Source of the DNA: Mayamaea pseudoterrestris
Taxonomy: Eukaryota
Assembly: GCA_027923505.1 (NCBI GenBank)
Contig: BROI01000015.1
Coordinates: 62,001 to 126,000, forward strand
Length of the DNA: 64,000 nucleotides
Reading direction: 5' to 3'
In this document: positions 34,735 through 45,880 of the stretch, piece after piece
Numbering within the stretch: position 1 is the stretch's first letter
Layout: each line of letters opens with the position of its first letter
Made by a program: the position numbers and the translations under genes
Notes under the pieces: generated by a model
Seen by the model: only the letters and a program-made list of their open reading frames with translations
Databases searched by the model: none
Told to the model about the DNA's origin: nothing

Positions 34735-37292
34735 GAGAGAGTCGACGGCGTGAAGCGAGACAGTCTGTCGGCCTCCACATTGTCCTTGCCTGGAATGTGG
34801 TTTGCCTGGATGCGGAGAGATAATGTACTGTAAGTGGCAATGGCATGAAAGAATCGTGCCAGGCGGCGGACGTGTGGTTTGGTACAGCGAGCCGCGTGGC
34901 GCATCCAGGAGAGGGCGGAGGTGTTGTCTCCCAATACATTGAGTATGTGTAGCTCATGGCGTCGGATTGGGCAGCTTTTGTAGACTCCAATTGTGAGGAT
35001 GACATTGATAATGATGGCCACAAACTCAAGAACGTTTATATGATAATCATCGTCGGTTATGGGACCACGCGTTGGCCGCGCCTGGACGTTGCGCGTTTTA
35101 AAGCCGCAGCTCGACAGGTCTTTGTCGCTCAGACGCCACATGAATAGAAGGCCTTCGTTAAAACCTCCAAGGCCTTTTGTGCTGGCATCCCCTTTCACTG
35201 TGTTTGTAGGCTCGCGTTCAACCATGAGGCCAATTGGTTTGCGCCAAATATGCGCCCACTCGGGGTTGTCGAGGGTGCCACGCAGAATCTGTAAGTCGGC
35301 GAAAGCGCCCTCGGAGAGGGCAAGCCGTGAAGTTTTCCACCACTTTCGAAGCGCGGCATACTGCTCCGGCTTTGTGGCATGGCGTAGGGAATGTTTGAGC
35401 TTGGCATCGGCTTTGCGCGCCTGGTCGGTCAATGATTGTTGGAGACGAATGGACAGGTAATCGGCCAGGTCTGCGATGGATCCACCATGGCGGATGAGTC
35501 CCAGGATAGTTGTTTTATCTTGTGCTGAAACAATCACCGACCGAGGCTTGGAGCGTGCTGTCCAGTCGTCATGGATTTGGTCCAGCATGTGAGCGAGCTT
35601 CTGCTGTTTGAGTATTGGTAGGCTGACCTCCATTGTGCGGGAATCCCAATCAAGGCCAAGGTAATGTAGCTGATAGGAGATATCGCGCTTCCACTTGGCT
35701 GCATTAATGCATGGCGCGCGGCGACGGTCATCGACCGGACTGAACACTTCTCGTGCTGCCAAGACGCTGCGGTGTATTGCTTCGCGAATAGTACTGCGAG
35801 TTGCGGCGACCACTTGGTCGTCAACAAAACTGGAGAAGCCAAACTTGTAATCCGTTCCCAACAAGCGGCCGCAACCCTGGTTGTAACGGTCCGCGGTGGC
35901 TTGCGCTAGAGTGGAAGCCTCCGTCTCAGTGATGGCTGGCGAGAGCTCCACATTGTTGGATAAATCGGTCGTAGCAGTGCCAATATCCTTTGCCGCGGCG
36001 ATCAAGCTTCGTAATTCGCCGAGTTGCATGTACCATCCAGGGCAAGGGACGCCGCCAAATATCTGACCAACCGGGATCACCAGCCATGTATGTAGGACAG
36101 TGCCAAAGGCCACGGCAATATCCGGATGGTAGTGAAGCCACCGGAATGCGGCCGAGATGTCATCAGCCGCGATGTATATCTCTTCTTTGGGATGGTCGAG
36201 GCGCAAGTTCCACAACAGTTGCACGAGCCGATTGAGCACGCTGCCGTAGTGTACTTTTGGGTTCTGTCGTGGATCATGCTCTGGCATGAACCATTTTGGA
36301 ATCTGCTTGTTGACATTGCCTTTGTCGTCGGGATGAAGTGGGGTGGAAGGATCGTTTATGAGACGGCCTTCGTCGCCGAGTCGACCAGGCTTTGGAGGGA
36401 TGTATGATATAAGCGCCAGAAACAAGCCTGGAACGTATGCCCAGAGAAAGCGAGGAAACATGATGTGGTACGACAGCTTTTCCTCCTTTCTGTACTTTTC
36501 CATAATGTTGTCCCAATCCTCCTCCAGGCCCCGATTGTTCTCGTGCTCGCGCCTTGCAACGTCGGCGAAAGGACACTCGAAAACGCTTTTCATTGGCACG
36601 CCTTCCGAGAGGATGTGTAAGGCTGTATCAAAGTTGACTGGAGGGTATCGTGGTGGAATAGTAACTGTTCGCAGGCTGTCAATGGTTGCCTTCAACTCCG
36701 AGCGATCTTGGTATTGGTGGGTGTATTCGCCGCCGAGCCATCGCAGCAAATCGCCATATAGGAAGTTACAACGCAAGAGAGCTGCGCCCATGTCCTCGAC
36801 TCTTGTTGGGCAAATTGGAGTGCTATCTTGTTTTGGATAGAACCTTGGCGACTGCAGATGGTAAAATTGTTGTGTGATGGCGCGTTGGCGAAGCGTGGCG
36901 TATTGGTGAGTGGTGTCTCCGAGCGCTGTCGCAACGTCAAGTCGTTCCCGTGCGGATAAGTGGCCCCATGCGAGGTGCAGGATGAGGTGCGGCGAGGCAC
37001 GTACATGTGTAGTGCTGATATCAATGGTTGCTTTCCCCCAGCCCGAATGCCGACGTTTGTAGACTTGTGAGTCGAGTGGCGGAAGAAAAGTCGAGCCATA
37101 TAGAGGGTGATTATGGAATGGATGTACTTTCCGAAGTTGGATGACTTCATACGGGTTCAGATATTGCCACACGCCGGCTAACAAAGTTGGCCAGTATTTG
37201 TAGCGTTCGGAGTCATGGAGGCAGTCGCGCAGACTTGTAAATGTTGTTTTATGTTTGGTATTTATTGCTGTCGGAACTTGCGGCGCAGTCAA
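34488..37292 (-). CDS. Reverse transcriptase / RNase H (DIRS/Ngaro type; start uncertain)
   Basis: RT: DDISAAFR, QIFGG, SFVDD, YLGLDWD. RH: GDASTKGLGG, HINVLEF, GDNTSA, HIPGKDNVEADRLSR. Confidence 0.94.
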   Translation of the reverse strand: MTAPQVPTAINTKHKTTFTSLRDCLHDSERYKYWPTLLAGVWQYLNPYEVIQLRKVHPFHNHPLYGSTFLPPLDSQVYKRRHSGWGKATIDISTTHVRASPHLILHLAWGHLSARERLDVATALGDTTHQYATLRQRAITQQFYHLQSPRFYPKQDSTPICPTRVEDMGAALLRCNFLYGDLLRWLGGEYTHQYQDRSELKATIDSLRTVTIPPRYPPVNFDTALHILSEGVPMKSVFECPFADVARREHENNRGLEEDWDNIMEKYRKEEKLSYHIMFPRFLWAYVPGLFLALISYIPPKPGRLGDEGRLINDPSTPLHPDDKGNVNKQIPKWFMPEHDPRQNPKVHYGSVLNRLVQLLWNLRLDHPKEEIYIAADDISAAFRWLHYHPDIAVAFGTVLHTWLVIPVGQIFGGVPCPGWYMQLGELRSLIAAAKDIGTATTDLSNNVELSPAITETEASTLAQATADRYNQGCGRLLGTDYKFGFSSFVDDQVVAATRSTIREAIHRSVLAAREVFSPVDDRRRAPCINAAKWKRDISYQLHYLGLDWDSRTMEVSLPILKQQKLAHMLDQIHDDWTARSKPRSVIVSAQDKTTILGLIRHGGSIADLADYLSIRLQQSLTDQARKADAKLKHSLRHATKPEQYAALRKWWKTSRLALSEGAFADLQILRGTLDNPEWAHIWRKPIGLMVEREPTNTVKGDASTKGLGGFNEGLLFMWRLSDKDLSSCGFKTRNVQARPTRGPITDDDYHINVLEFVAIIINVILTIGVYKSCPIRRHELHILNVLGDNTSALSWMRHAARCTKPHVRRLARFFHAIATYSTLSLRIQANHIPGKDNVEADRLSRFTPSTLSWASVISPETQVLANCKVFLVESKLLTVISSVINNTANEETFGPTTIARLTSAPRILENGVLKQDSTTSLSRQSHRGKKSRS

Positions 37293-37355
37293 CTCGTCTC
37301 GCCGATCGGCGAGCGGCGCCGCCGCCGCCTGGCGTGCTACTGGCGATGGTGGTTG

Positions 37356-40300
37356 TCAAGCGTTCATGAAACGAGTGAATGCTTCTGTCGGTTCAAACTT
37401 GCGCTTTACTGGTTCTCTGTTGAGGAATGTCATGAATGGAACAAGCATAGCGCGCGTCCATGGATTGACAGTGGCGCGGAGATTGATTTCGCATCGTCGA
37501 CAATTGTTTGCGGAGCAGCCTCGCATTCCCTGTACAATGAACGGAAAGCACACTTGCGCGTTGTTGACCACTGGTACTCTGATGTCTGAGCTAGTTAATC
37601 CATTGAGGATGGCTCGGATTGCTGCGACTGATGGCTCCTCCTCTCCAATGCATTTTATGAGCGATACTGGCGATTTGCGATACGTACCGGTGTCGTTTGC
37701 TGGCGCGTTGGGAGGCAACGGTGTTTGTCCCTGTGGCTGGCCCAAGTGTCGCGGGTGATTATTGTTGAGCTGGCGAGCGGGTTGCGCTGGCGGGTGAGGA
37801 GTATGTGCCTGAGTTTTGGCCGGCATGATATCCACTGGTAATGGCCGACTGTATAGCGGCGACACAGGCGTTGTAGTTGATGTGAAAACGGTGACATTGA
37901 ATGCTCCTGCACATTCGTCGCGCCAAAGTGCTAATTCTTGTTTCATGGTCGCCCAGTTGCGCATGCGGATGGAGGTGTCGAAGGCCGAGAGGTCGGAACG
38001 GTCCCTGCTGTGCCACAATAAAATGCTAACGCAGTGCTCGTCAGGACAGTAATTCAATGCCCATCCAAGAAAGATTTTTATCAAACGTTGCAGGCCAATA
38101 AAGACCGCGCCCGTGGTCATGAGGCGATTGCTTGCTGCCAGTCGTGACCATGCTTGCTGTGTCGGATGGTTGCTGAGCAATTCGGCCAGCCAAAACAAGT
38201 TGCCAGCGAGTGGCGAAACAAGTAAGAAAGGTGATAGTTCCGAATTGATACTGCGAAGGTTCTTGTAGCGCGACGGGAAATGGAACATGATGTGGAGCCA
38301 CCAGCCCAAGTTTTTAATCAATTGAATCATTTGAGTGCTGGAGAGGCCGTCTTGTGGGAGTCGGTAGCTGCTGGTGCTCAAGACGGTTGGGATGAAATGA
38401 AATGGCGTAATGGCTGCCGAGAGATTTACATATTGGTATGTTTCACCGGCTGATACTGCGCCTGTTTGCAAGGCTTTGACTTGTGAAGCTCCTCGATAGA
38501 ATATATCGCTCTCAAACAATGGGCGGAAGTAGGTCGAAAAACTCGAGTGCGTCGCTGCCTCCAACTCATTTGCGAAGTAGCTGCTCACTTGTCGGGCCTC
38601 ACCTTGTCCAGTGCGACCCGCTAGTACATTAATGCAATAAGCCTTGCTGATGATGCCTGGGAGAAACATTGTGTAGTCGTCGTAGACCGTATTTGCGTCT
38701 TCCTCATTGGTCGGTCCGAAACGGACGGATGGAGGGACTGGATATGATCCCAAGTGAGCCAGATCCACCATTGCTGCCACTAAAGTGCCACCAACGTAAC
38801 GTTCCCGAGTGAACATGAATGGATCGTCAATGGTATCGACAGTGGGAATGAGGCACCAGCCGAAGGGCGTTTGTGTGCGTTCCTCCTCATTTTGCAAATA
38901 CCGGTGCATGCCCGTCCGGTCTTGCTCAAACGGGAGGAATAAACCAGACAAATTTTGCGTTCTGGCTGCTTGTTTTTGTTGCTGTTTGGGACGGTACCGT
39001 TCGGGCGTGGCCGGTCGGTCCGCTTGCTGTGGCGGTGGCCGTGAGCCAGCATAGATGCACGCGTCGTCATCTTGGTCTCCTTGATCGCGGCGCTCCCACA
39101 ATGTTTGAGCGTTATAGCGTAATTTTTTGACACTGAAGGTTTCCGAAGTGCTATCGTGAGGGGTCCGACTGTCTGTCTTGGCTTGGAACGGGCTGGCGGA
39201 TGTCGAGTGGAAACGGTCTTTGAAGATGCCTGAGAGTAACTCCTCTGGAGGCGGGCGCTTGCGTCCCTTTGCGGCCGAAGAGGGAGTCATGTTTCCCGCT
39301 AAATGCTCCTTTGTTTCTATCTTCATTGTGGCTAGGCTCTCGGCTGATAGCGACGCTTGAATGTCGAGGCGCGCGTAATCCTCGAGCCAGCTCGGCAAGT
39401 TTTTCTTTTGGAATTGTATTTCGAAATTCTTTACCCATGTCTGAGTTTTTATGTTTAGCAAACCCACCATGTACCACATGTCCTCCATGCGATACGTGTG
39501 GAAGGAAGCAATGTCTGGCGACTGGTCAAAGATCGTCATGGCGTGTGTGCCCAGCTGCCGCAATTTTGTCGTCCAGTTTTGGCCAATTGTGGCTTCCAAA
39601 TGATCCCAGAGCAGGCGGCTGCGCATGACTAACTCCGGGAGATGGAAGGTATCGAATGATGCTTTACTATCAATGCTTTTCCAATCGGTCCATGTGTCGG
39701 CGACCTGCGACATGAAGCACGTCTCCACTTCCATTTCGTTTGGGCTGTGGAGGCATGTCTGCAACCACAAATCCAACAATGGATTGCTGTCCATCCAAGC
39801 GTAAACCTCGGCTGGATGCCCCGTGAACTCCATGCAGTGCGTCATGAATGCTTTCCCCGTGTTGCAAGTCGCTGGATCGAATGCAACTGCGAGTGGGATG
39901 CCATGGTTTTTGGGAAGAAAGAAGCAGCGTCCCATTGGCGCGAGCGCTGTCGTCTCGCGCTCGAGCTCCTTGTTGGTGGCATATGCTAAAACTGCCTTCT
40001 CGTCGTGCATGTACTTCATTGGTTCATCCATGTTGGCGTGCAAGGTTCCTTGTCCTCCAATAATGGTCGACTCGGGAGTGTCGTCTGGCGCCGCGTCGTC
40101 TTTATGAAACAAGAGGACCATTGGCTGCAGCAGCTTGTCTCCGCGGGGAAAGATGAGCATATCCTCCATGATGTTGGTGTACCAGTCGTCGATGGTGTCG
40201 GTGCGATCCTCTCGCGAGTTTCTTGCCACCGTCGCGAGGACTGGATTGATAGCTGGGGTGATGGGGAATCCACTCGGCTGATAACGCGGCGCAACACTCA

Positions 40301-40808
40301 ATGGTGCGTCTCCGTCGTCCTGTGGCGTCTCCAACTGTTCTTCCTCGGACTGGACACTGTACTTGAGTCCGTCCTTTGTGCCCACCGGTCGCGCCGAGCA
40401 AACGATGACCGTCTGCCCAGCGGCCGCCGTCGGGTCTTCATGATCGGGCTGCTGATTCCCATGGTACTGGCGCTGGAAAGTGGAAAGGCTGAGTATCCCT
40501 CCAATGTCTTCTTGCATCAACTTTCTGAGCCGGGCTGGCGTCCCGAGCCAAAGTTGCTGGCCACCTCCGGCTGGTTCGTCCGAGAGCGACATCCTCTTGT
40601 GGAGCTCCAACACTTGCTCTCTCGTCACTACCTCGTTTCCTGTAGCCCAACCATCAATCTGGAACTCCATGGCTGCGGCTCTCTCGTCTTTCGGCGGCAC
40701 ATTGGCACCCAGCCAAGTCGTCTTGGTCTTGGTTTCAATGGGGAGGCGAAAGCTGGCTGGGGATCCCTGGAACTCTTCGAGAGCTTCTGGCAAACGGACA
40801 AGCGTCAT
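37356..40808 (-). CDS. ORF1, gag-like protein of the YR retrotransposon (~1150 aa)
   Basis: Long open ORF in the gag position, conserved in copy 2, with a C-terminal Cys cluster CFPFIVQGMRGCSANNCRRC. The ATG at 40808 is chosen because the upstream ATG (40991) is out of frame in copy 2. No recognisable domain. Confidence 0.75.
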   Translation of the reverse strand: MTLVRLPEALEEFQGSPASFRLPIETKTKTTWLGANVPPKDERAAAMEFQIDGWATGNEVVTREQVLELHKRMSLSDEPAGGGQQLWLGTPARLRKLMQEDIGGILSLSTFQRQYHGNQQPDHEDPTAAAGQTVIVCSARPVGTKDGLKYSVQSEEEQLETPQDDGDAPLSVAPRYQPSGFPITPAINPVLATVARNSREDRTDTIDDWYTNIMEDMLIFPRGDKLLQPMVLLFHKDDAAPDDTPESTIIGGQGTLHANMDEPMKYMHDEKAVLAYATNKELERETTALAPMGRCFFLPKNHGIPLAVAFDPATCNTGKAFMTHCMEFTGHPAEVYAWMDSNPLLDLWLQTCLHSPNEMEVETCFMSQVADTWTDWKSIDSKASFDTFHLPELVMRSRLLWDHLEATIGQNWTTKLRQLGTHAMTIFDQSPDIASFHTYRMEDMWYMVGLLNIKTQTWVKNFEIQFQKKNLPSWLEDYARLDIQASLSAESLATMKIETKEHLAGNMTPSSAAKGRKRPPPEELLSGIFKDRFHSTSASPFQAKTDSRTPHDSTSETFSVKKLRYNAQTLWERRDQGDQDDDACIYAGSRPPPQQADRPATPERYRPKQQQKQAARTQNLSGLFLPFEQDRTGMHRYLQNEEERTQTPFGWCLIPTVDTIDDPFMFTRERYVGGTLVAAMVDLAHLGSYPVPPSVRFGPTNEEDANTVYDDYTMFLPGIISKAYCINVLAGRTGQGEARQVSSYFANELEAATHSSFSTYFRPLFESDIFYRGASQVKALQTGAVSAGETYQYVNLSAAITPFHFIPTVLSTSSYRLPQDGLSSTQMIQLIKNLGWWLHIMFHFPSRYKNLRSINSELSPFLLVSPLAGNLFWLAELLSNHPTQQAWSRLAASNRLMTTGAVFIGLQRLIKIFLGWALNYCPDEHCVSILLWHSRDRSDLSAFDTSIRMRNWATMKQELALWRDECAGAFNVTVFTSTTTPVSPLYSRPLPVDIMPAKTQAHTPHPPAQPARQLNNNHPRHLGQPQGQTPLPPNAPANDTGTYRKSPVSLIKCIGEEEPSVAAIRAILNGLTSSDIRVPVVNNAQVCFPFIVQGMRGCSANNCRRCEINLRATVNPWTRAMLVPFMTFLNREPVKRKFEPTEAFTRFMNA

Positions 40809-40867
40809 GATCGAGAGAAATGAGGGAAGGAAAGCTGAGAAACGCGGTTCGAGCAACAAAGGCAAGA

Positions 40868-41101
40868 ACAAACAAACAAACAAGCTGGCTAGACAACAGG
40901 GTTGGCAAGCAAGCAAGCAAGAGGAATGAGAGGCATCGGATGGGGATCGGCAACTTGGTCTGTGGTTGTCCGTCCTCCATTGATGTCGCATCTGACGTGT
41001 CCCGAACCATCGATGATGTGTGTATCACTCAGAGTGTACTCATAAGGTATCTTATGAGTGTCCCCAAGGCAGTCTCCTCTAAACATCCGCCCTGAGCCGA
41101 A
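40868..41101 (-). repeat. 5' terminal repeat A1 of YR element copy 1
   Basis: Matches A2 (32730-32963) and A1/A2 of copy 2; begins TTCGGCTCAGGGCGG. Confidence 0.92.
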
Positions 41102-42145
41102 GCATACCATCTTGTAGCGCAGCCTGAAAAATGATGTTGGCACCATTCTGGTGTCATTTGGGTGTATACATGGCCTGCTGTAGGGGCGTTTGAATGTCAC
41201 GGCATCTGCAGGCTGAGACTGGTGACAAGTTGTCACCAATATCATTGCCATCCCCTGAGACACTAGCCAGGTATACCATCTTGTAGCGCAGCCTGAATAA
41301 TGATGTTGGCACCATTCTGGTGTATTTTGGGCACCTACAGGGCTTGCTGTAGGGGCGTTTGAATGTCACGGCATCTGCGGGCTGAGACTGGTGACAAGTT
41401 GTCACCAATATCATTGCTGTCCCCTGAGACACTAGCCAGGCATACCATCTTGTAGCGCAGCTTGAATAATGATGTTGGCACTTTTCTGGTGTCATTTGGG
41501 TATATACATGGCCTGCTGTAGGGGCGTTTGAATGTCACGGCATCTGCGGGCTGAGACTGGTGACAAGTTGTCACCAATATCATTGCCATCCCCTGAGACA
41601 CTAGCCAGGCATACCATCTTGTAGCGCAGCCTGGATAATGATGTTGGCACCATTCTGGTGTCATTTGGGCGCCTACATGGCCTGCTGTAGGGGCGTTTGA
41701 ATGGCATGTCAGCTGCAGGCTGAGACTGGTGACAAGTTGTCACCAATATCATTGCCGTCCCCTTAGACACTAGCCACGCATACCAGCTTGTAGCGCAGCC
41801 TGAATAATGATGTTGGCACCATTCTGGTGTCATTTGGGTATATTCATGGCCTGCTGTAAAGGCGTTTGAATGTCACGGCATCTGAAGGCTGAGACTGGTG
41901 ACAAGTTGTCACCAATGTCATTGCTGTCCCCTGAGACACTAGCCAGGCATACCATCTTGTAGCGCAGCTTGAATAATGATGTTGGCAATTTTCTGGTGAC
42001 ATTTGGGTATACACATGGCCTGCTGTAGGGGCGTTTGAATGCCACGGCATCTGCAGGCTGAGACTGGTGACAAGTTGTCACCAAATACATTGCCAACCCC
42101 TGAGACACCAGCCAAGCTTACCATCTTGTAGCGCAGCCTGAATAA
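41102..42145 (-). repeat. ~6 monomers of the 169-bp satellite between the two YR elements
   Basis: Same monomer, reverse polarity, mostly the 28.5-31 kb variant. Confidence 0.96.
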
Positions 42146-42442
42146 TTCGGCTCAGGGCGGATGTTTAGAGGAGACTGCCTTGGGGACACTCATAAGATAC
42201 CTTATGAGTACACTCTGAGTGATACACACATCATCGATGGTTCGGGACACGTCAGATGCGACATCAATGGAGGACGGACAACCACAGACCAAGTTGCCGA
42301 TCCCCAGCCGATGCCTCTCATTCCTCTTGCTTGCTTGCTTGCCAACCCTGTTGTCTAGCCAGCTTGTTTGTTTGTTTGTTTGTTCTTGCCTTTGTTGCTC
42401 GAACCGCGTTTCTCAGCTTTCCTTCCCTCATTTCTCTCGATC

Positions 42443-45400
42443 ATGACGCTTGTCCGTTTGCCAGAAGCTCTCGAAGAGTTCCAGGGATCCCCAGCCAGCT
42501 TTCGCCTCCCCATTGAAACCAAGATCAAGACGACTTGGCTGGGTGCCAATGTGCCGCCGAAAGACGAGAGAGCCGCAGCCATGGAGTTCCAGATTGATGG
42601 TTGGGCTACAGGAAACGAGGTAGTGACGAGAGAGCAAGTGTTGGAGCTCCACAAGAGGATGTCGCTCTCGGACGAACCAGCCGGAGGTGGCCAGCAACTT
42701 TGGCTCGGGACGCCAGCCCGGCTCAGAAAGTTGATGCAAGAAGACATTGGAGGGATACTCAGCCTTTCCACTTTCCAGCGCCAGTACCATGGGAATCAGC
42801 AGCCCGATCATGAAGACCCGACGGCGGCCGCTGGGCAGACGGTCATCGTTTGCTCGGCGCGACCGGTGGGCACAAAGGACGGACTCAAGTACAGTGTCCA
42901 GTCCGAGGAAGAACAGTTGGAGACGCCACAGGAAGACGGAGACGCACCATTGAGTGTTGCGCCGCGTTATCAGCCGAGTGGATTTCCCATCACCCCAGCT
43001 ATCAATCCAGTCCTCGCGACGGTGGCAAGAAACTCGCGAGAGGATCGCACCGACACCATCGACGACTGGTACACCAACATCATGGAGGATATGCTCATCT
43101 TTCCCCGCGGAGACAAGCTGCTGCAGCCAATGGTCCTCTTGTTTCATAAAGACGACGCGGCGCCAGACGACACTCCCGAGTCGACCATTATTGGAGGACA
43201 AGGAACCTTGCACGCCAACATGGAAGAACCAATGAAGTACATGCACGACGAGAAGGCAGTTTTAGCATATGCCACCAACAAGGAGCTCGAGCGCGACACG
43301 ACAGCGCTCGCTCCAATGGGACGCTGCTTCTTTCTTCCCAAAAATCATGGCATCCCACTCGCAGTTGGATTCGATCCAGCCACCTGCAACACTGGCAAGG
43401 CATTCATGGAGCATTGCATGGACTTTACGGGGCATCCGGCCGAAGTCTACGCTTGGATGGACAGCAATCCATTGTTGGATCTGTGGTTGCAGACATGCCT
43501 CCACAGCCCAAACGAAATGGAAGTGGAGACATGCTTCATGTCGCAAGTCGCCGACACATGGACCGATTGGAAAAGCATTGATAGTAAAGCATCATTCGAT
43601 ACCTTCCATCTCCCGGAGTTAGTCATGCGCAGCCGCCTGCTCTGGGATCATTTGGAAGCCACAATTGGCCAGAACTGGACGACAAAGTTGCGGCAGCTGG
43701 GCACACACGCCATGACGATTTTTGACCAGTCGCCAGACATTGCTTCCTTCCACACGTATCACATGGAGGACATGTGGTACATGGTGGGTTTGCTAAACAT
43801 AAAAACTCAGACATGGGTGAAGAATTTCGAAATACAGTTCCAAAAGAAAAACTTGCCGAGCTGGCTCGAGGATTACGCGCGCCTCGACATTCAAGCGTCG
43901 CTATCTGCCGAGAGCCTCGCCACAATGAAGATAGAAACAAAGGAGCATTTAGCGGGCAATATGACTCCGTCTTCCGCCGCAAAGGGACGCAAGCGCCCGC
44001 CTCCAGAGGATTTACTCTCAGGCATCTTCAAAGACCGTTTCCACTCGACATCAGCCAGTCCGTTCCAAGCCAAGACAGACAGTCGGACCCCTCACGAGAG
44101 CACTTCGGAAACCTTCAGTGTCAAAAAATTACGCTATAACGCTCAAACATTGTGGGAGCGCCGTGATCAAGGAGACCAAGACGACGACGCGTGCATCTAT
44201 GCTGGCTCAAGGCCACCGCCACAGCAGGCCGACCGACCGGCCACGCCCGAACGGTACCGTCCCAAACAGCAACAAAAACAAGCGGCCAGAACGCAAAATT
44301 TGTCTGGTTTATTCCTCCCGTTTGAGCAAGACCGAACGGGCATGCACCGGTATTTGCAAAATGAGGAGGACTGCACACAAACGCCTTTTGGCTGGTGCCT
44401 CATTCCCACTGTTGATACCATTGACGATCCATTCATGTTCACTCGGGATCGTTATGTTGGTGGCACTTTAGTGGCAGCAATGGTGGATCTGGCTCACTTG
44501 GGATCATATCCAGTCCCTCCATCCGTCCGTTTCGGACCGACCAATGAAGAAGACGCAAATACGGTCTACGACGACTACACAATGTTTCTCCCAGGCATCA
44601 TCAGCAAGGCTTATTGCATTAATGTACTCGCGGGTCGCACTGGACAAGGTGAGGCCCGACAAGTCAGCAGCTACTTCGCAAATGAGTTGGAGGCAGCGAC
44701 GCACTCGAGTTTTTCGACCTACTTTCGCCCATTGTTTGAGAGCGATATATTCTATCGAGGAGCTTCACAAGTCAAAGCATTGCAAACGGGCGCAGTATCA
44801 GCCGGCGAAACATACCAATACGTAAATCTCTCGGCAGCCATTACGCCATTTCACTTCATCCCAACCGTCTTGAGCACCAGCAGCTACCGACTACCACAAG
44901 ACGGCCTCTCCAGCACTCAAATGATTCAATTGATTAAAAATTTGGGCTGGTGGCTCCACATCATGTTCCACTTCCCGTCGCGCTACAAGAACCTTCGCAG
45001 TATCAATTCGGAACTATCACCTTTCTTACTTGTTTCGCCACTCGCTGGCAACTTGTTTTGGCTGGCCGAATTGCTCAGCAACCATCCGACACAGCAAGCA
45101 TGGTCACGACTGGCAGCAAGCAATCGCCTCATGACCACGGGCGCGGTCTTTATTGGCCTGCAACGTTTGATAAAAATCTTTCTTGGATGGGCATTGAATT
45201 ACTGTCCTGACGAGCACTGCGTTAGCATTTTATTGTGGCACAGCAGGGACCGTTCCGACCTCTCGGCCTTCGACACCTCCATCCGCATGCGCAACTGGGC
45301 GACCATGAAACAAGAATTGGCGCTCTGGCGTGATGAATGTGCAGGAGCATTCAACGTCAACATCTTCACGTCTACTACAACGCCAGTGTCGGCGCTTTAC

Positions 45401-45880
45401 AGTCGGCCATTACCAGCCGATATTCTGCCGGCCAAAACACAAACACACCCTCCACATCCACCGGCGCAACCAGCTCACCAGCACAACAATAATAACCCGC
45501 GTGGAAACTTGGGACAGCCACAGGGGACATCTGCGCAACGCCAGCAACGACACGGCATCGCAAATCGCCAGTATCGCTCATAAAATGCATCGGCGAGGAC
45601 GAGCCTTCGGTTGCAGCCATCCGGGCCATCCTCAATGGCTTAACTAGTTCAGACATCAAGTGTACCAGTGGCCAACAGCGCGCGTTGCTTTCCGTTCATT
45701 GTACAAATGCGAGGTGCGAGGTGCAAAAACAATTGTCGACAATGCGAAATCAATCTCCGGGCAACTGTCAATCCATGGACGCGCACTATGCTTGTTCCGT
45801 TCATGACTTTCCTTAACAGAGAGCCCGTCAAGCGCAAGTTCGAGCCAACAGAGGCATTCACTCGTTTCATGGCAGCTTGA
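42443..45880 (+). pseudogene. ORF1 gag-like, frameshifted near 45530-45670
   Basis: Matches copy 1 ORF1 until ~LGQPQG, then continues in other frames (CFPFIVQ...EAFTRFM at 45668-45880). Could be consensus error. Confidence 0.7.

Larger units (their letters stand above)
32503..41101 (-). mobile_element. Tyrosine-recombinase (DIRS-order) retrotransposon, Ngaro-like, copy 1 (intact ORFs)
   Basis: Split direct repeats A1 (40868-41101) ... B1 (32964-33175), A2 (32730-32963), B2 (32503-32714) around gag-like, RT/RH and YR ORFs. No methyltransferase domain evident. Confidence 0.93.

Noticed and set aside
33433..37292. Prokaryotic retron/DGR or phage integrase-RT module
   Set aside because: RT-RNase H fusion, overlapping YR and split direct repeats are fully explained by a DIRS-order retrotransposon.
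40005..40823. 272-aa antisense ORF (and its mirror at 42428-43246), plus other short ORFs inside the retroelements
   Set aside because: Shadow frames of the long element ORFs; conservation is explained by copy identity.
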